Source: Marsupella aquatica
Lineage: Eukaryota > Plantae > Marchantiophyta
Reading direction: 5' to 3'
Length of the DNA: 64,000 bases
Assembly (NCBI GenBank): GCA_973895155.1
Contig: OZ316892.1
Span: forward strand, 26,311,233 to 26,375,232
This document shows positions 11,076-23,529 of this stretch, piece by piece. Made by a program: the position numbers and the translations under genes. Numbering within the stretch: position 1 is the stretch's first letter; every line of letters starts with the position of its first letter. Under the pieces are notes generated by a model that was not told the origin of the DNA, did no database searches, and worked only from the letters and a program-made list of their open reading frames with translations.

Positions 11076-12458
11076 CTAGGGTACCCTTGCCCTTGCGCTC
11101 CTTCTCTGGTCTAGAATGTCAACCTCATTAAGCAGATTGTCCCGTGCTTCTGGCCCTCCTTCCATGTATTCTCGTCTGGGCACATGTACTCCACTGTATC
11201 CACTAGGGTGAGCTGTAATCCCCCGAATCAGCTCAGGGCTCATGTGCTCACCACGGTGAATAAGAAAGTTGTGGAGAATGCAACAAGAGTAAATCATAGA
11301 CCCGATCCTATCTTTTCTTGGTTTCCAAAGAATTTGGCTAAGGATTCTCCAGGTACCTTTCAGTTGTCCAAATGCTCGTTCCACTGCCATTCGTGCTTGA
11401 GAATGTCGATGGTTCCATCTGTCGTGTTCATCAGATAAACCATTTGTGAAAGGGACAATCAACCATGGATACAAGGGATATCCTGCATCCCCAATAATGT
11501 ACTCCCTCAACACGGAGGTGCCGTCTTGACAGAAATACTCCAAGCCATGCAGCCTTGTACGTCTATATTCAACATCTCTAAAGAAGGTAGAAACTCTAAG
11601 CAATCTGGTATCTTGTATGCTACCTGGCCAACCTGCTACAACATCCAAGAACCTGAGGTTAAGATCCACAATGGCCTGCATAGAAACTGACATTTTTTTC
11701 TTGAAATCAAAGTAATCCTGGCTACGCTCTGAGGCTGGCAGTTCAACTGGGAAATGTGTGCCATCGACTGCCCCACAACAGTTGGGGAAACCCCATCGTG
11801 CAATGAACTCCAATTTCACTTTTTCAAGCTCTGTTGCACTCGGCCATTGGATCAGATGTCTCCCTTGCTTGATTATTGCTTGAATAAACTTCCAGGTGAC
11901 CTTGACTACAGTTGCATGAGAAACTCCAAATAGCTCCCCGATCCCAAGACATTGATCTCCTGTGGAAAGCCTTCTAATTGCAATAGCCACCTGCCTCTCG
12001 ACAAAGAGTTTTCTATTTGGCAGTGTACAGAATGCTGCCGGTGGATTTGTGACCATGTCCCCATGAACCATCTCACATATTGCATAAAACGTCCCGGGGC
12101 TAACACGGAAAAATTCCTTGAATCTATCAGGATCATTGTAAGGAACAAAGTCAATAAACAGATAAAACCACTGGATGGTTCTAGGTTTAATGTACCAGGG
12201 GCAATCAATCTCTCTTTTTCTCATGAAACAGCTTCTCAGAACTTGAATGAAGGCCCACACTTGCGGCCAAATCTCATCATCATCACGATGTCTTTTCCTT
12301 GACTCGAAATTGAACACTCTATTCAGCTGTGATGGATTTGTGAGCCTCCCAATATGAAGCCCAGGAAGAAGCGTAACAAGAATTGGCACAGACGTTGCTG
12401 CATAGCTCATCACCAATGCAGCTAGGGAATCTAGCAGAACCTCATCTTCAAATTCCAT
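11076..12458 (-). CDS. PIF/Harbinger (HARBI1/ALP1-like, DDE_Tnp_4) transposase, ~460 aa
   Basis: Intact ORF from ATG at 12458. FKEFFRVS..TF, HTH region RLSTG...IGELFGVS, catalytic motifs GAVDGTH, IIGDAGYP and VERAFGQLKGTWRIL, plus CCILHNF. Confidence 0.93.
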   Translation of the reverse strand: MEFEDEVLLDSLAALVMSYAATSVPILVTLLPGLHIGRLTNPSQLNRVFNFESRKRHRDDDEIWPQVWAFIQVLRSCFMRKREIDCPWYIKPRTIQWFYLFIDFVPYNDPDRFKEFFRVSPGTFYAICEMVHGDMVTNPPAAFCTLPNRKLFVERQVAIAIRRLSTGDQCLGIGELFGVSHATVVKVTWKFIQAIIKQGRHLIQWPSATELEKVKLEFIARWGFPNCCGAVDGTHFPVELPASERSQDYFDFKKKMSVSMQAIVDLNLRFLDVVAGWPGSIQDTRLLRVSTFFRDVEYRRTRLHGLEYFCQDGTSVLREYIIGDAGYPLYPWLIVPFTNGLSDEHDRWNHRHSQARMAVERAFGQLKGTWRILSQILWKPRKDRIGSMIYSCCILHNFLIHRGEHMSPELIRGITAHPSGYSGVHVPRREYMEGGPEARDNLLNEVDILDQRRSARARVP

Positions 12459-13279
12459 CTCAACAATAAAAATGGAGCTCACTGCAGCAAATGAAATTGA
12501 AACCTCTCCGCAGCAGAAATAAAATCAATCAAGAGGGGAACAAGCACGAGCGCAAGACAACAGAGGTGGCATTTAGACAGTGCAAGAGTCCTCTTTCAAC
12601 ACTCACAGGAGAGATCGATAGGAAAATAATGGACCGACGGTTAAGGTGACCGTCGTTCAAATTTTCCGGTACACCGTCAATGCTACTGCGTGGGAAAAGT
12701 TCTTAGGGGGCCCATGGAAAGAGATGTGATAGGGCCCCTCAAACGCTGTTTCAGGGCCGGGCCGAAGGAGGGTGAGGGTCGGTGTGAGGGCTGATGGAAC
12801 AGTGTTCTTAGACACTAATAGATTGTATATTCACTAGGATATTTGGATGTATCCTATTCTTTTACAAACAACATACTCAAATCCCATCTGAGCTCAAAGG
12901 TTTGCCTGAAGATCACACCCGAGCTTATAATCGCACCTGCTCATCCCATTCCTTCGTCCTCTGATCCACGCCGTCCATTCCTCACCTCTCATCTGATCTG
13001 AGACGCTCATCTCCCCTCCGATCAGAGTCTCAACTTTAGGGTTTAGACGCTACTCTTCTGCCGTTCATAAAGTATGAAACGCGATTCTTCTTCACAGTCG
13101 AAATGTCATTCAGCTCTGATCAGTGGTATGGCGGATTGTGTTGCTCACGCCCTTCCTTCGAAATTATGTTCCGTCCTTCGAGCAGTTTTGGTGCTGGTGC
13201 TCTCCCTCGCTCATGAATCGCTCTAGCGTGTGCTCCGTGATGATTCGCTCGACCGAATCTGATGCGCAGATTGTTCGAC

Positions 13280-13750
13280 GGGACTATTTTCTGCACGACA
13301 GTAGTTCGCTGTTGTCCTTGCTCATGAATCGCCTTTGGTTTTCTTTCGTCTGTTTATCGGGTTGTTTTCGAGGTCGTGCTGCGCCCGCTCTTCCTTCGGG
13401 GTTATGTTGTGCCCTAGAGTAGTTTTGCTGCTTTTCTTGAGCATGAGTCGGTCTAGCGGTTTCTGTTATCAGTGTCTTGACCGAATGCTATGAGGAAAAT
13501 GGTGTGTCTTCTGTTTAGGATTTTTTTCGTTTTCCGGGGGACTACTTTCCGCACGACAGTAGTTTACTGTTTTCTTATCCCGTGAATCCCTCTGACTCAG
13601 TTTTTCCATCCGTGTACGCTTTGGGTCGAGCTCTGATCAGCTGAATGGTGCTTGACGCTGTATGTGATGGTCTGCTTTCACACTTGCTCGGGGACTATCA
13701 TTTTCACTTCAGGAGGCTTTTTTCTTCCTTGCCGATGATTCGCCCTAGGC
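13280..13750. repeat. Three degenerate copies of a gggacta...cacgacagtagtt...tgaatc motif
   Basis: Copies at ~13280 and ~13538, with a weaker one at ~13691. Confidence 0.55.
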
Positions 13751-14849
13751 CGTAGCTTCCAGTCTCTTGACTGAGTTGGGCGCGCTCTGTGATTCTCTAC
13801 CCAGAACTTCGAGTTCAGGTATCATTAGCCGCAGCTCAAGTCGGAACGTTCATGAGAGCTATCGTTAAGCGTGCTTGGGTATTGTCCACTGGCAGCCTGT
13901 CCTGTTCATTTCTCTTCCTTGCCACGCTTGAGGTGCTTCACATAGATCGGCTCCAAGCGAGGATGGAAGGAAGGTGGTGATTCGAGTCATTATCAACACG
14001 TATTTCAAGAGCTCGTCTTCTCTGTTCCTGCTGTGTTTTCTTGTGAGCTGTCTTCGTACCTGTTTGATGGAAAGCGTAGGTGAAGGCTTTTGAGAAGCTT
14101 TTACAGGGACTTCCGATAATTTTGTTCCTCTTATGTGAGGCCCTGACCGCATTGTTATGATTGAGTCAGTGCTGCTCGAACTCCTGATCTGTTTTTTCCA
14201 TTTAGTGAGCGTCGAAGAGGATGATGACTAATTTTGTTCAACACTTGGACTGATTTCCATGATGTCAAATCACTGCGTTCTTTCTGACTCTTCAATGATT
14301 TTGTCGCCAATTTGTCGCCTTCTCTCGTCGTATGATGATCATCACACAACAATCTTAGGACACCTTCCTAGGCGGCGTAGCCACGCCGTCGATGAGAGTG
14401 AAATGTATCTGACGATGATCTCCATGAGAAGTTAATAGTTTTTGTGAAAGATACTCACGCGGAAGGTTAGCTTCCTATGGTGTCGCTCTCTTATGATGAT
14501 CAAAACTTTCGTTCTACTGCACGAAAAAGAGTGAAGAAAAAAATGGAGACCTGAGCTGAAGAGAGCGACCAACAATTTAGTAGAATACAACTCCACAACA
14601 CGGACGTGCGAACCCTCATAAAGTTTCCAGCCTCTTTCGGTTTATTACCGACTCAGGTCGGGAGATGTACCGTTGAGAATTAATATTATTCCGCAGCGTG
14701 ATTCTAAAGCATTGTGTGTGGGCCTGCTTGGAAGTGAGAACACCAATAAGGGTCAAACCGAAAGTTTATTAATCTCAGCATGAACCCCTAAAACATTATC
14801 TCACTCTTGCGTCCTGGTCCACGGATCCTAACAGCAAGGTGCCACACCT

Positions 14850-17600
14850 CGTGAAGGAGGGGTTCAGTTTCATGTGGGCTGAGGTGATCACATCAAATCA
14901 CCTCAAATCACATGGCCGAGGGATTTTGAAGCGGCTATGACTCATCTGCTCACGAGAAACAGCCGATGTGATTGAAGGATTGTGTATCGTTGAAGGATGA
15001 AACTAAATTGAACCTCTCCAAAAGCTGCCTTGATATTGCAGAGCTGTGTTCCCATACACAGGCGGGCGATGATTGTCTGGTGTGCTGTTCACAGATTTTC
15101 GATAGCTTTCAAGAGTCCGTTCCCCAGACACGGGGTAAGATTATGAAGTCTATACTGTCTGTCTGGATGAGGGCTCGTCATGATGTTCAAATTACAGATA
15201 GGCTTGTCAAGCCACCTTGTCTAGACTCCAATTGACATCCTCCGGGTTACAGCACTCTTCGTCCCTAGGCCGCCACAAGAGGCTCCTGAACTACACGAAC
15301 CACACGTTGCTGGACTTTTGTGAGGCATTGGTCAATGAGAAAGCCACTTGCTGTGGCCAATGGGAACCGAAGTCCCAACTTGAGAAGCCACTTGGCTATG
15401 GCCAATTGATGGTGGGCTGACTCCACGACGTTGAAAGCTGCAAAGCTCCACATCTATGCCCATGTCACTCACTATGCATTACTTCTAACATTAGATTTGG
15501 ACCACTCAGCAGTTGGGGTGCTCTTTTGGGTCTAAAGGCCGCGTACATCTCTCCGAAAACAGGATAGCAGAACTCCATGCTGGTATCTGAAAAGAAACTT
15601 CTCCAACCGAATTGGGAGCCCAGGATCTAATTCACCTACGTCAGACAAGTGTTTGCCATACCGATCTGGGTAATCTAGAGGTGCAGATCAGCGTAATTGT
15701 TTTTCAATAAACTTGCGAACAAACCAGCGAGATCGTGTCCACGTGAACAGAGGATCACTGTAGCTCGTACCAAACGTTTGTACACGCAATGTATATCTGG
15801 AATCATGAGAGCACGAACAGAGAACGACTGTAGCTCCTTCCAGCAGTTTGCTTTGGTTGTACAGTGCACGCAATCATGATGAAGTCATATCCTCACACTA
15901 TATTATTTGGTCGTGATAATGAGAGTAGTCAGTGGGCAACATCTGAAAGCTGTGGGCTGCTTCATCGGATGTGTATATAGCTAGAACTGAGTAAGATTGT
16001 TTCATGACAGCTAAACTACAATTAGTCAGACCTGATCGGTTTTCAAGGCCTCTTCCACTTCCTGGAAGCAAATCCATCAGCTTTCTGTCACAATGCAGAT
16101 CAGAAGTCACTTGGCAAATTATTGGCAGGGACTTGAACCTTTGTTTTCCGTGTCCCTTAATGCAGATGACCACGTTCTGCGGTGTGGTAATTGACTTACG
16201 GAAATTTTTGCTCATTATATGTGACATGGGCGGCCCATCTGGCTACATGGAGAAGATTTATAGACGGTAAACCCAGCAATCCTTTCGCATGGAGCCTTGT
16301 AAGCTAGATTTCCGTTATTCAACTCGAGTTGCCTCCGTGTAGCTTTAATTCTTGTGCTTCAACCAACTCCCAAGATACAAGCAGTTTGTCGGCTTGCCTT
16401 CAATCTGTTGAACTCCGAGCATTGGGCAGCTCTCTTTATCATGTCGCCCAGCTGAAAGGTCTTGTGAAAAAGGTGCATTGGTTCAAAAGCTTCCTTTCTG
16501 GAAGAGGGCGAATTTTAGCAACTTGCATAGCCGCAAATTTGGGCGAGCTTCGGGAGAAAACGTTGCACATGTACAGCCCGGACACATAGTCAGATTTTGG
16601 TGCTGGATAGCCGCATTGGTGATGACAAGTTTTCCACTTGCTAAAGCACCCTCGGAGTCCGAAAGAGGCGGCAGCTGGACCCCAGCTGGCATTTGTAATA
16701 GCCTTTCGGTCCTTTCGGACGTGAGGGCCTTGCCTTAGCAATCATGAGAACAGAGAAGTACTGTAGCTTGCTTGAAATGAGAACAGTTTGCTTGAAATTT
16801 CCCACTCAAGTAAAGGTCCAGAAATTCAGTGTCTAGACGCGATTGTGACTGGAATGCTAGGAAGTGCATCTTCCACAGCAGCATATTAATAGGCAGTCCA
16901 TTGTGATATAAAATGAAATTAAGTTCCGATGATCACCAAACTGGTGGGTATTCAGTTATCTATTGCGACTAAGAAAGGTTCAATTCACACACATCTGACC
17001 GGTAATGGCGACAGAGAATTACAATTCTGTGGACGTATCCCAAGAAATTCAACTAGTCAACCCTTCTTCAGACCCAATCACAGTTAATTAAAGTGAGTGG
17101 TGTGTAAAGTGTAAACGATCTTGGTGGGAGTCATCTGGAAAAACCTCAGGCATAGCAACAGGCAGTGATTGGGCTGACGTCTGTCTGTCCACTACTTACG
17201 CAGTCCGAGTCAGCCGCAAGGTACTCGTTATCCTCATTTCCTCTTGGGTCTCATATATATCACGTAGGTTACGGATATCTTTTGGTCTCAGTCTCATGGA
17301 TGACTGAGATATCCGTCAATGATAATCATGAGAAAAACGCTGAGACCAAAAGATACGGAAGCTAGTGGGCTGTTCAGATAATACTCTTGCACGGAGTTAT
17401 GGGCCACTGAGTAATTGATGCCCATATCGTTTAGCACAATTGCAAAATGGACTTGGTGTTTCTCCAAATATTCTCTTCGCATCGTTGTAAAGCGCTTGCT
17501 GTGCATCTTGTACTCACTTATTTCTTTGAATCACACAAAACCATTCATTTCAGTCTCATTTGCGCTCAGCTGCCCCATTTTTGTCCATACTCTTTCTTCG
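14850..17600 (-). pseudogene. Highly decayed Helitron Rep/Pif1-helicase coding relic
   Basis: One minus frame from 16227 to ~14950, with stops, gives Pif1 motifs in the correct order: ICIKGHGKQRFKSL (~FIDGPGGTGKTFL), LLPGSGRGLENRSGL (~LLPGGRTAHSRFKI), IYTSDEAA (~IIWDEAP), LRALYNQSKLLEGATVVLC..DSRYTLRV (~LRD...KPFGGKTVVLGGDFRQ.LPV), RYGKHLSDVG (~FAEFLLRIG), FIILPRV (~VFIPRI), SRQ...NDTQSFNHIG (~RRQF...NKSQGQSLNHVG). Upstream VSPITACCYALRF resembles the Rep-region YVSPPEACWRIFGF. Confidence 0.6.
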
Positions 17601-17949
17601 TTTTTCAATCTCCATTTCAACTGGTGTAGATAAAATTAAAGTAAGGCAACGGCCCCCACCATGATTGTTTGTCTGTGATAATAATTATTGCAGGCCTTTC
17701 AACTGTTGAAAGGATTGCATGCCCCGGTTGAACGTAAATAGTCATGGACAGTTCTCCGCGTCACTAAAGAAGCATGGCATTCGAGCTCAGTCACCAAATT
17801 GAGCCCCCGTGATCCTAGCCTTCTACGGTACTACTGATCTGATCGATGAATGCTGCAATCATTGGGAATGGATTGGGCAGAGCAAGTGTGTATATATGTA
17901 GGTCCTCCCGTCATTGGAATGAATTCCGAGATCGAATGATTCCACGAAC

Positions 17950-18665
17950 ACGAGATAGGCGGTGAATTGCGAGACTGTAGATCGCTCGATCAGTCTCTTT
18001 GATCGAGTCTTTGATAGCATGTTCGAAAGGTTCCACAAACTCGAGATAGGCCGTCAGTATCGAGACTGTAGGTCGCTCGATCAGTCTCGTGGATAGACAG
18101 TCTCTCACTGGTTCTGGATCCAGTTTTTCGGGGTGATGAGGATCGAAATCATTTTGTACACAGTCAGGTCGAGCTAACAAAAAGTCATTCAAACGCTCAA
18201 AGTCTCCATTTCATTAGTTGAACTTTTGAGTTCAATGCATTCAGTTGGTGTGATCGTTATTGTTGGTAAGATTGATACACTTGGACCTGTGTAAATGCAT
18301 ACGCGGGAATGAGTTACAGGATTGAGAAACGCTGATGCTGTGACTGTGGAAACGCGCCCTCTCAGCAGTCAAGAGGGACTCAAGTGGGTGACTCACTAGT
18401 GTTTCTCAACCTTGTGACACTTTGCTGTGCATGCACGACAATCATTGAAAATGGCAAGTTTCTGCACTCACGGTCTGAATCGTCATTCAATTGCTTGGCC
18501 TACACTCGTGCATCAAATTCTAGCGTGCATGCAGACTGAGAAGCGATTAAATGTCGTACACATGACTGTGATATCATTCTTTGTTCGTAGATCGAATGAA
18601 GTGAGTGTCGTGAGTGTTTCTCAATCTTGTGACACTTTGCTTTGTATGCACACGGATCAATACAC
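17950..18665. repeat. Cluster of short direct and inverted repeats (TE subterminal-like)
   Basis: cgagactgtag.tcgctcgatcagtctc at ~17970 and ~18061. gtgtttctcaa.cttgtgacactttgct at ~18399 and ~18614, with an inverted copy at ~18313-18332. Confidence 0.7.
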
Positions 18666-19136
18666 TGGAATGTGCAGTTTGGGACTCCCATCTAAACGAG
18701 TGATCAAGTTAGCGATTGAATCAGTGAGCATTGGGCCTTTTACGGAGTTGTACCGAGTACTGACTGTCGAGCAAGCGAATTCATTTAGGAGAGTGCTTTC
18801 TCTCTCGAGAATACTGTGCAGCGTCCACTTGTTTAACTTGAAGATAACAGTGGATCATTCGATACTCTATATAATTGGGTCGAATCTACTGCTGCCTAAG
18901 ACGTTCAATGTGAAGATTCGTCAGAACATGAGTGTGTGCTCGTCGATTGAAAAGATGGCGGTTTCGTGAATTTGGCACCGATCTCTTTACTTGGTGAGAC
19001 CTCGGGAGGGGAGGTTTCCAGTCTCTCAGTATTAACTCAAAAGTCCTATGTCACATTGTCTGCCATTTCACGGGCTACATTGGCCCAATCGAGTTGACTA
19101 TGGTCTACCTGCTCGGTTGCTATAAAACTATATATT

Positions 19137-19165
19137 ACTAGCCCAATGTCCATGTGTTGTATAAT
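19137..19165 (-). mobile_element. Degenerate Helitron 3' terminus
   Basis: The reverse complement reads tacaacacatggacattgggCTAG|T, interpretable as a CpG-decayed form of the plant Helitron end tgcaacgcacgggca....CTAG|T. Confidence 0.45.
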
Positions 19166-19955
19166 TTACTTTGTAGTGTTGTCATTGCGGAACTGTTGTT
19201 ATTACTGCCATTAGCCTGGATGCAAGTTCTTCGAGCATAGTTGAGAGATGAGTACATTCAAGCCACCGAGCCATTTTCATAGACTCACCCTGCCCCCAAT
19301 CTTCATTTCCAGTCGCACCCAAATTTCAGTTAAGGCCCTTGAATCACGATCTAGAGGTTCACTCTGGACAGTAGGTGTTGAAGAGCAGCTTTTGATTACA
19401 CTCTGGACTGCAGGTGTTGAACAATAGCTTTTGATTGTAATCACATAGTTAGATTCTGTCATTGTACAAATGTTATTCTTGTGGAAAGTGTGTCATTGCA
19501 GTGATGTTGTCAAATGATGTAGAAGTGATGCATAAGCATGGGGTAGGAAGGCACAAATGGGTTGGGAGAGTTGGGGAGAGAATCGGGGAAGGGTTAAGGT
19601 GAAAGCCTAAATGAGACTAATTGAGAGGGGGGCAGGTCTAGCAAGGGTGGTGGGCAGAAGAAAGGTAGACCAGGTCCCCCCTTTTGCTTCCCACCCACCA
19701 CAACTGGTAATTAGTTTCCCCTTTTTTGATGTTCACTTCCCACATTTGTTTCAGGCCTTCCTTGGGTTGCTACAGGGCCAGATTCCTCCTCTGATTGTCA
19801 CCTCCCCATGGCTTTGAGAATCTAATAGGGTGTCTCAAGCAGATGCAGGAAATCTTTGTCCGCAACCCTGGCCTAACTTCCAGGAAGACTTAATTCAGGG
19901 GGTATTGGGTTTGAGATGGGTCACAACAAGCATCTGCGGGTTAACTCAACATCAT

Positions 19956-20215
19956 TAGGGCATCTCAAAGCTTGGAAATTATGGATGATGGCATTTGGTC
20001 ATACACAAAAGGTCATAACTTTTTCGCAACTTTGTATAAATTGTTTGTTTCTGTTTTTTCTTTCACCAGCTTCTACGACAAATGGTTATGGCATAAGACC
20101 AATCCTTATGGCAAAAGGTTATGGACTTTGAATTCTTGAGTCCATAACTTTTTGTGTCCAAAACCCATAACTAGAGAGTTAAGGTACATCAATTGCCAGC
20201 TTTGAGACGCCCTAT
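19956..20215. mobile_element. MITE-like element with TAGGG(C)RTCTCAAAG TIRs
   Basis: Left TAGGGCATCTCAAAGCTTGGAAATT vs right reverse complement TAGGGCGTCTCAAAGCTGGCAATT. Internal ccataac/gttatgg motifs. Extra TIR-like copy at ~19826. No clean TSD. Confidence 0.5.
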
Positions 20216-23200
20216 TGATTTCTCATATTTGGTCATTTTCTGAAGGGCACTGATGATTCTCGAACGGTGCTAACATGTCTTTTTGGCAGTGTGATATTCT
20301 CCCAACACAGATGTGCAGACCAATTTTTGGCGCGGATGCGATTACACTGACTGCCCAATTTAGTAGCTCTTTTCGGGAACCACTCATTTTCAACCCCCCA
20401 ACCTGGCTGGCAGCACTCCAGTCGCATAAATCTTCTGAGGACTGGAAGGGTTGAAATGCCCGGATGGCTGCCAAAAAAGTGCCTCCATTTGACCTCCTGT
20501 CCTTTTTTGTATTCTCCCCCTTTTCATACCTACCTTTCCCTTTTCCTTTTCCTTTATCATTCCCTGCTTTTCTTAATTTTTAATTTTTTTAAAAACTCCT
20601 GGGTCCTCTCTATGAGTTGCAAGATGGGGAATCTCTCCACTGTCAGAGCAATTTGGTTTCCATCACTTTTGCTTCCATGTTGAAACCAAGTCGCCTACCA
20701 AAAGAGACAGAATTTGGAGCACAGAATAGTTCAAGTGGGCCATCTACAGTAGCTTCATGGTGGCAGAAAGTGCACATACTTAGCCTTCAATTGGGCCCCT
20801 TGGTCAACTTCCCAAGGAGCCCTCTAAATCTACAACTTCATCATATTGTGAGAGTGTTGTCTGTTAAATCATCGCCCATTGCGGTTTGTGTGCATTTCGA
20901 GCCATCTCCTTTTTCCTTTGTGACTACTAGTGGGTCTCAAACCTAGGGCTCATGAAAAATCCAGGATATATCTGTGTTTTTGTCCCAAAAGTAGAGCCCT
21001 GTTGCTATGAAAGGGGTGCACCTTGAGAGGCTTGTCCTTGCCCATTTTGGAATAACTTATTGGTGAGCTTCGAAGGTGGGTTTTACAGGCTGTCAGTGTC
21101 TTCCTTCATGACATGTCTCAATGTCCTCCTTTACCTCTAATTCCCTTCTCTCAGCTCAAACAAGGCTTCCACCATCGCCATTCAAACAACAGGAAGGGTG
21201 AAGAGAGCAGTAGACATGGACAATCCTGTGGCTTTGATTGCCATTGCCAAACCTGACTCCACCGACTTGTCATATGTTGATTTGACAAAATTGCAAGACT
21301 CACCAGTATTTGATTTACTGTCAGATTCAACGATGGCTGCTTCAATTTCAGGTTGTGGAACTCCTGCGGTAGTGCGATCTCCTAGGTCTCAGCCTTTCGC
21401 GCTACATAAAACAAGATCTCATCCAATGCCTGTGACATTTTAAGGCAATAGTGCAAGAACTACGAGTGTATTCATGGAAGAAGATTGACAAGTCATAAAT
21501 CATTTATCAAGAATATGGATAAGACAAGTAGGTTGCTAAGATTGCTCTTTAGATTGTCCTTGATCCGCTGGGAGTTAGATATGGGTGGGTCCGCTGGGTA
21601 CTTCCCCCTGATTTGGGGTTTTGTTGGGTTCAGGGGGCCTTTTGGGAGGTTTGTCGTTTTGGTATTGTTCCTATGTGGCTCTGAGATTCTGCAACTATGG
21701 ATTGGGTTAGGGTTATGGGTTTGCTTTTTTTCTGACCACCATGGAGGCGTTGTGTCTTGGAATTGCACTTAGTGCTATTTTGTGTTCCCCTTCCCACGGG
21801 CTATTGCGGGTTTATATTAAATTTTATAAAAATCACCCTTTAAGGAAGAATATGGACAAGTTTAGAATCAGGGTAAAAATTGAACTTGAGAGTGACGCCA
21901 ATGAAGTGCACAATCTGCAGATTTTAATCTTCAAAACAAGTGTAGATAGTTCTTCCATTCACTCGACTAGCACTCAATCTGGATGCCAATTTGAACAAGC
22001 AGATGTTACCATAATCACAAATTGGCTTAAAAACCAGCTGCAAACAACAAAGTATGGCCAAAAGTATGGTGTCCTTAAGTGTAATTTAGGATGGTGTTTG
22101 CGATACATGGAGGGAAAGTGAGGCAAAGCTTCTTGAAATGGACCTTGTAGAAGTGAGACACTAAGGTACAAATTACCATGTTTAGTGATCAAAAGAGATG
22201 AAAGCTAGGATGTGAAATGAAATATTCAGAAAGGAAAGAATTTCCTTACTGTAATCTATTCAGTACATTGGAGAGTGGAGATTTGATTCTGATTACGAAG
22301 GTGTGTGGATACAATTGTATCCATCCTTGGGGAGCTACATGTGGGATGGGTTTGCATTGCATGAGAGGGAAAACTGTGGTGAAATTTGTGGATAACTAGT
22401 CTCCGGATAGAATCTAGCTACAATATGTGACAGAGAAAGATCTATCCAATTGGAGATTCTTTAGTCACAAGGTCATAAACCACCATTGGCCATATAAAAG
22501 GAGAAGTGTCCAATACTTCTCCCTTTTTCATATTCCTCTCCTGTAAGATGAGACTATGGTCCCTTGTTGTAGGAAAGAGTACTAAAAATGGTGAAATCAG
22601 GTGTAACCAGGTTTTTGTCATGGCTAGTGCTCTTTAAGAGGCATGGAGCAAAGTGAGGGAACTCAGCATCAGAGTGATCCAAATCATTAAGGGAAGGCAA
22701 ATGCAGTATGATAGATATTGGATCATTTGTAATCATTCACTCAAATGAGACAACATTTGAAATCCAAATGGACAATTTGGTTTACAGAACAGATTGAAAG
22801 CTCTGTATGATTTGATGGCTTCATAAGTCTAATTGAACTTGAGAGGAAGTAAATCCTATTGGCCTCTGTGGCTGTTACTTTCAAATGTGGGCAGCTCTAG
22901 ACTGTATACAAGTCCAGTTGCGGCGGCCAGTCCATGCGCTCCCCGGTCGAGGTGCACTGCCTAATGTAATCCTGACTTCAGCAAGTCATAACATGAGATC
23001 TTGAGATTCATTGCGGATGTGTCGGTGTTACACTCATGCTGACTTGGTGCTCATCTCTAGTTTATGGGGTCTGGTTTCTCAGCAAATTTTTGATATGACA
23101 ACTTCCATACCTTAGTTTCCTTGGCTAAAGAGTAGTTGCAAGACACGTTGCAACACCATTAGCCAAAATCTGTCAGTCATCCTTGAAGCTAAGGAGATAT

Positions 23201-23529
23201 GACAGGCTAGGAAAATTAGGTAATCAGTATTTCTAGCATCTTCTCCTTTCACAAAAGGTGACTCCACCCAGGCAACCACAAAATATCCTTAGAAATGAAT
23301 ATTGAAGGCTGTCCTTAAATTTTAAGGAGATCTGATATTCAGAAATTAATCTTGGAGAGTTAAATAATCAATATTAGAAGCATATTCTCCAGCCAAGGTG
23401 ACACTGGCCCCCCTGGTGTATGCTGAAGCCATCTCCCATCCTCGGAGAATTAGATAATCAATGGCATCGGAGATTGTGCACCTTCACACTCCTAGGAGAG
23501 CTCTTGCTCCGAGAGCTAGAAGTGGAGTT

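Larger units (their letters stand above)
8624..12807. mobile_element. Full-length PIF/Harbinger DNA transposon, 4184 bp
   Basis: TIRs GAGCTGTGTTCCATCAACCCT vs reverse complement GAACACTGTTCCATCAGCCCT (17/21). TTA TSD at 8621-8623 and 12808-12810. Encloses a Myb/SANT ORF and a DDE transposase. Confidence 0.9.

Noticed and set aside
12832-12860. Helitron 3' end (CTAG|T on the - strand) for the relic
   Set aside because: Only an AT-rich weak hairpin; could be chance.
15898-16227. Tyrosine-recombinase-like KGHGKQR motif (DIRS hypothesis)
   Set aside because: No R-H-R-Y catalytic set; the context fits a decayed Pif1 Walker A.
16200-16910. Ulp1/C48 protease-like fragments on the + strand (NSEHWAALFI, ILVLDS, LPQQ)
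   Set aside because: The spacing is wrong and the same DNA is better explained by the ordered Helitron motifs on the - strand.
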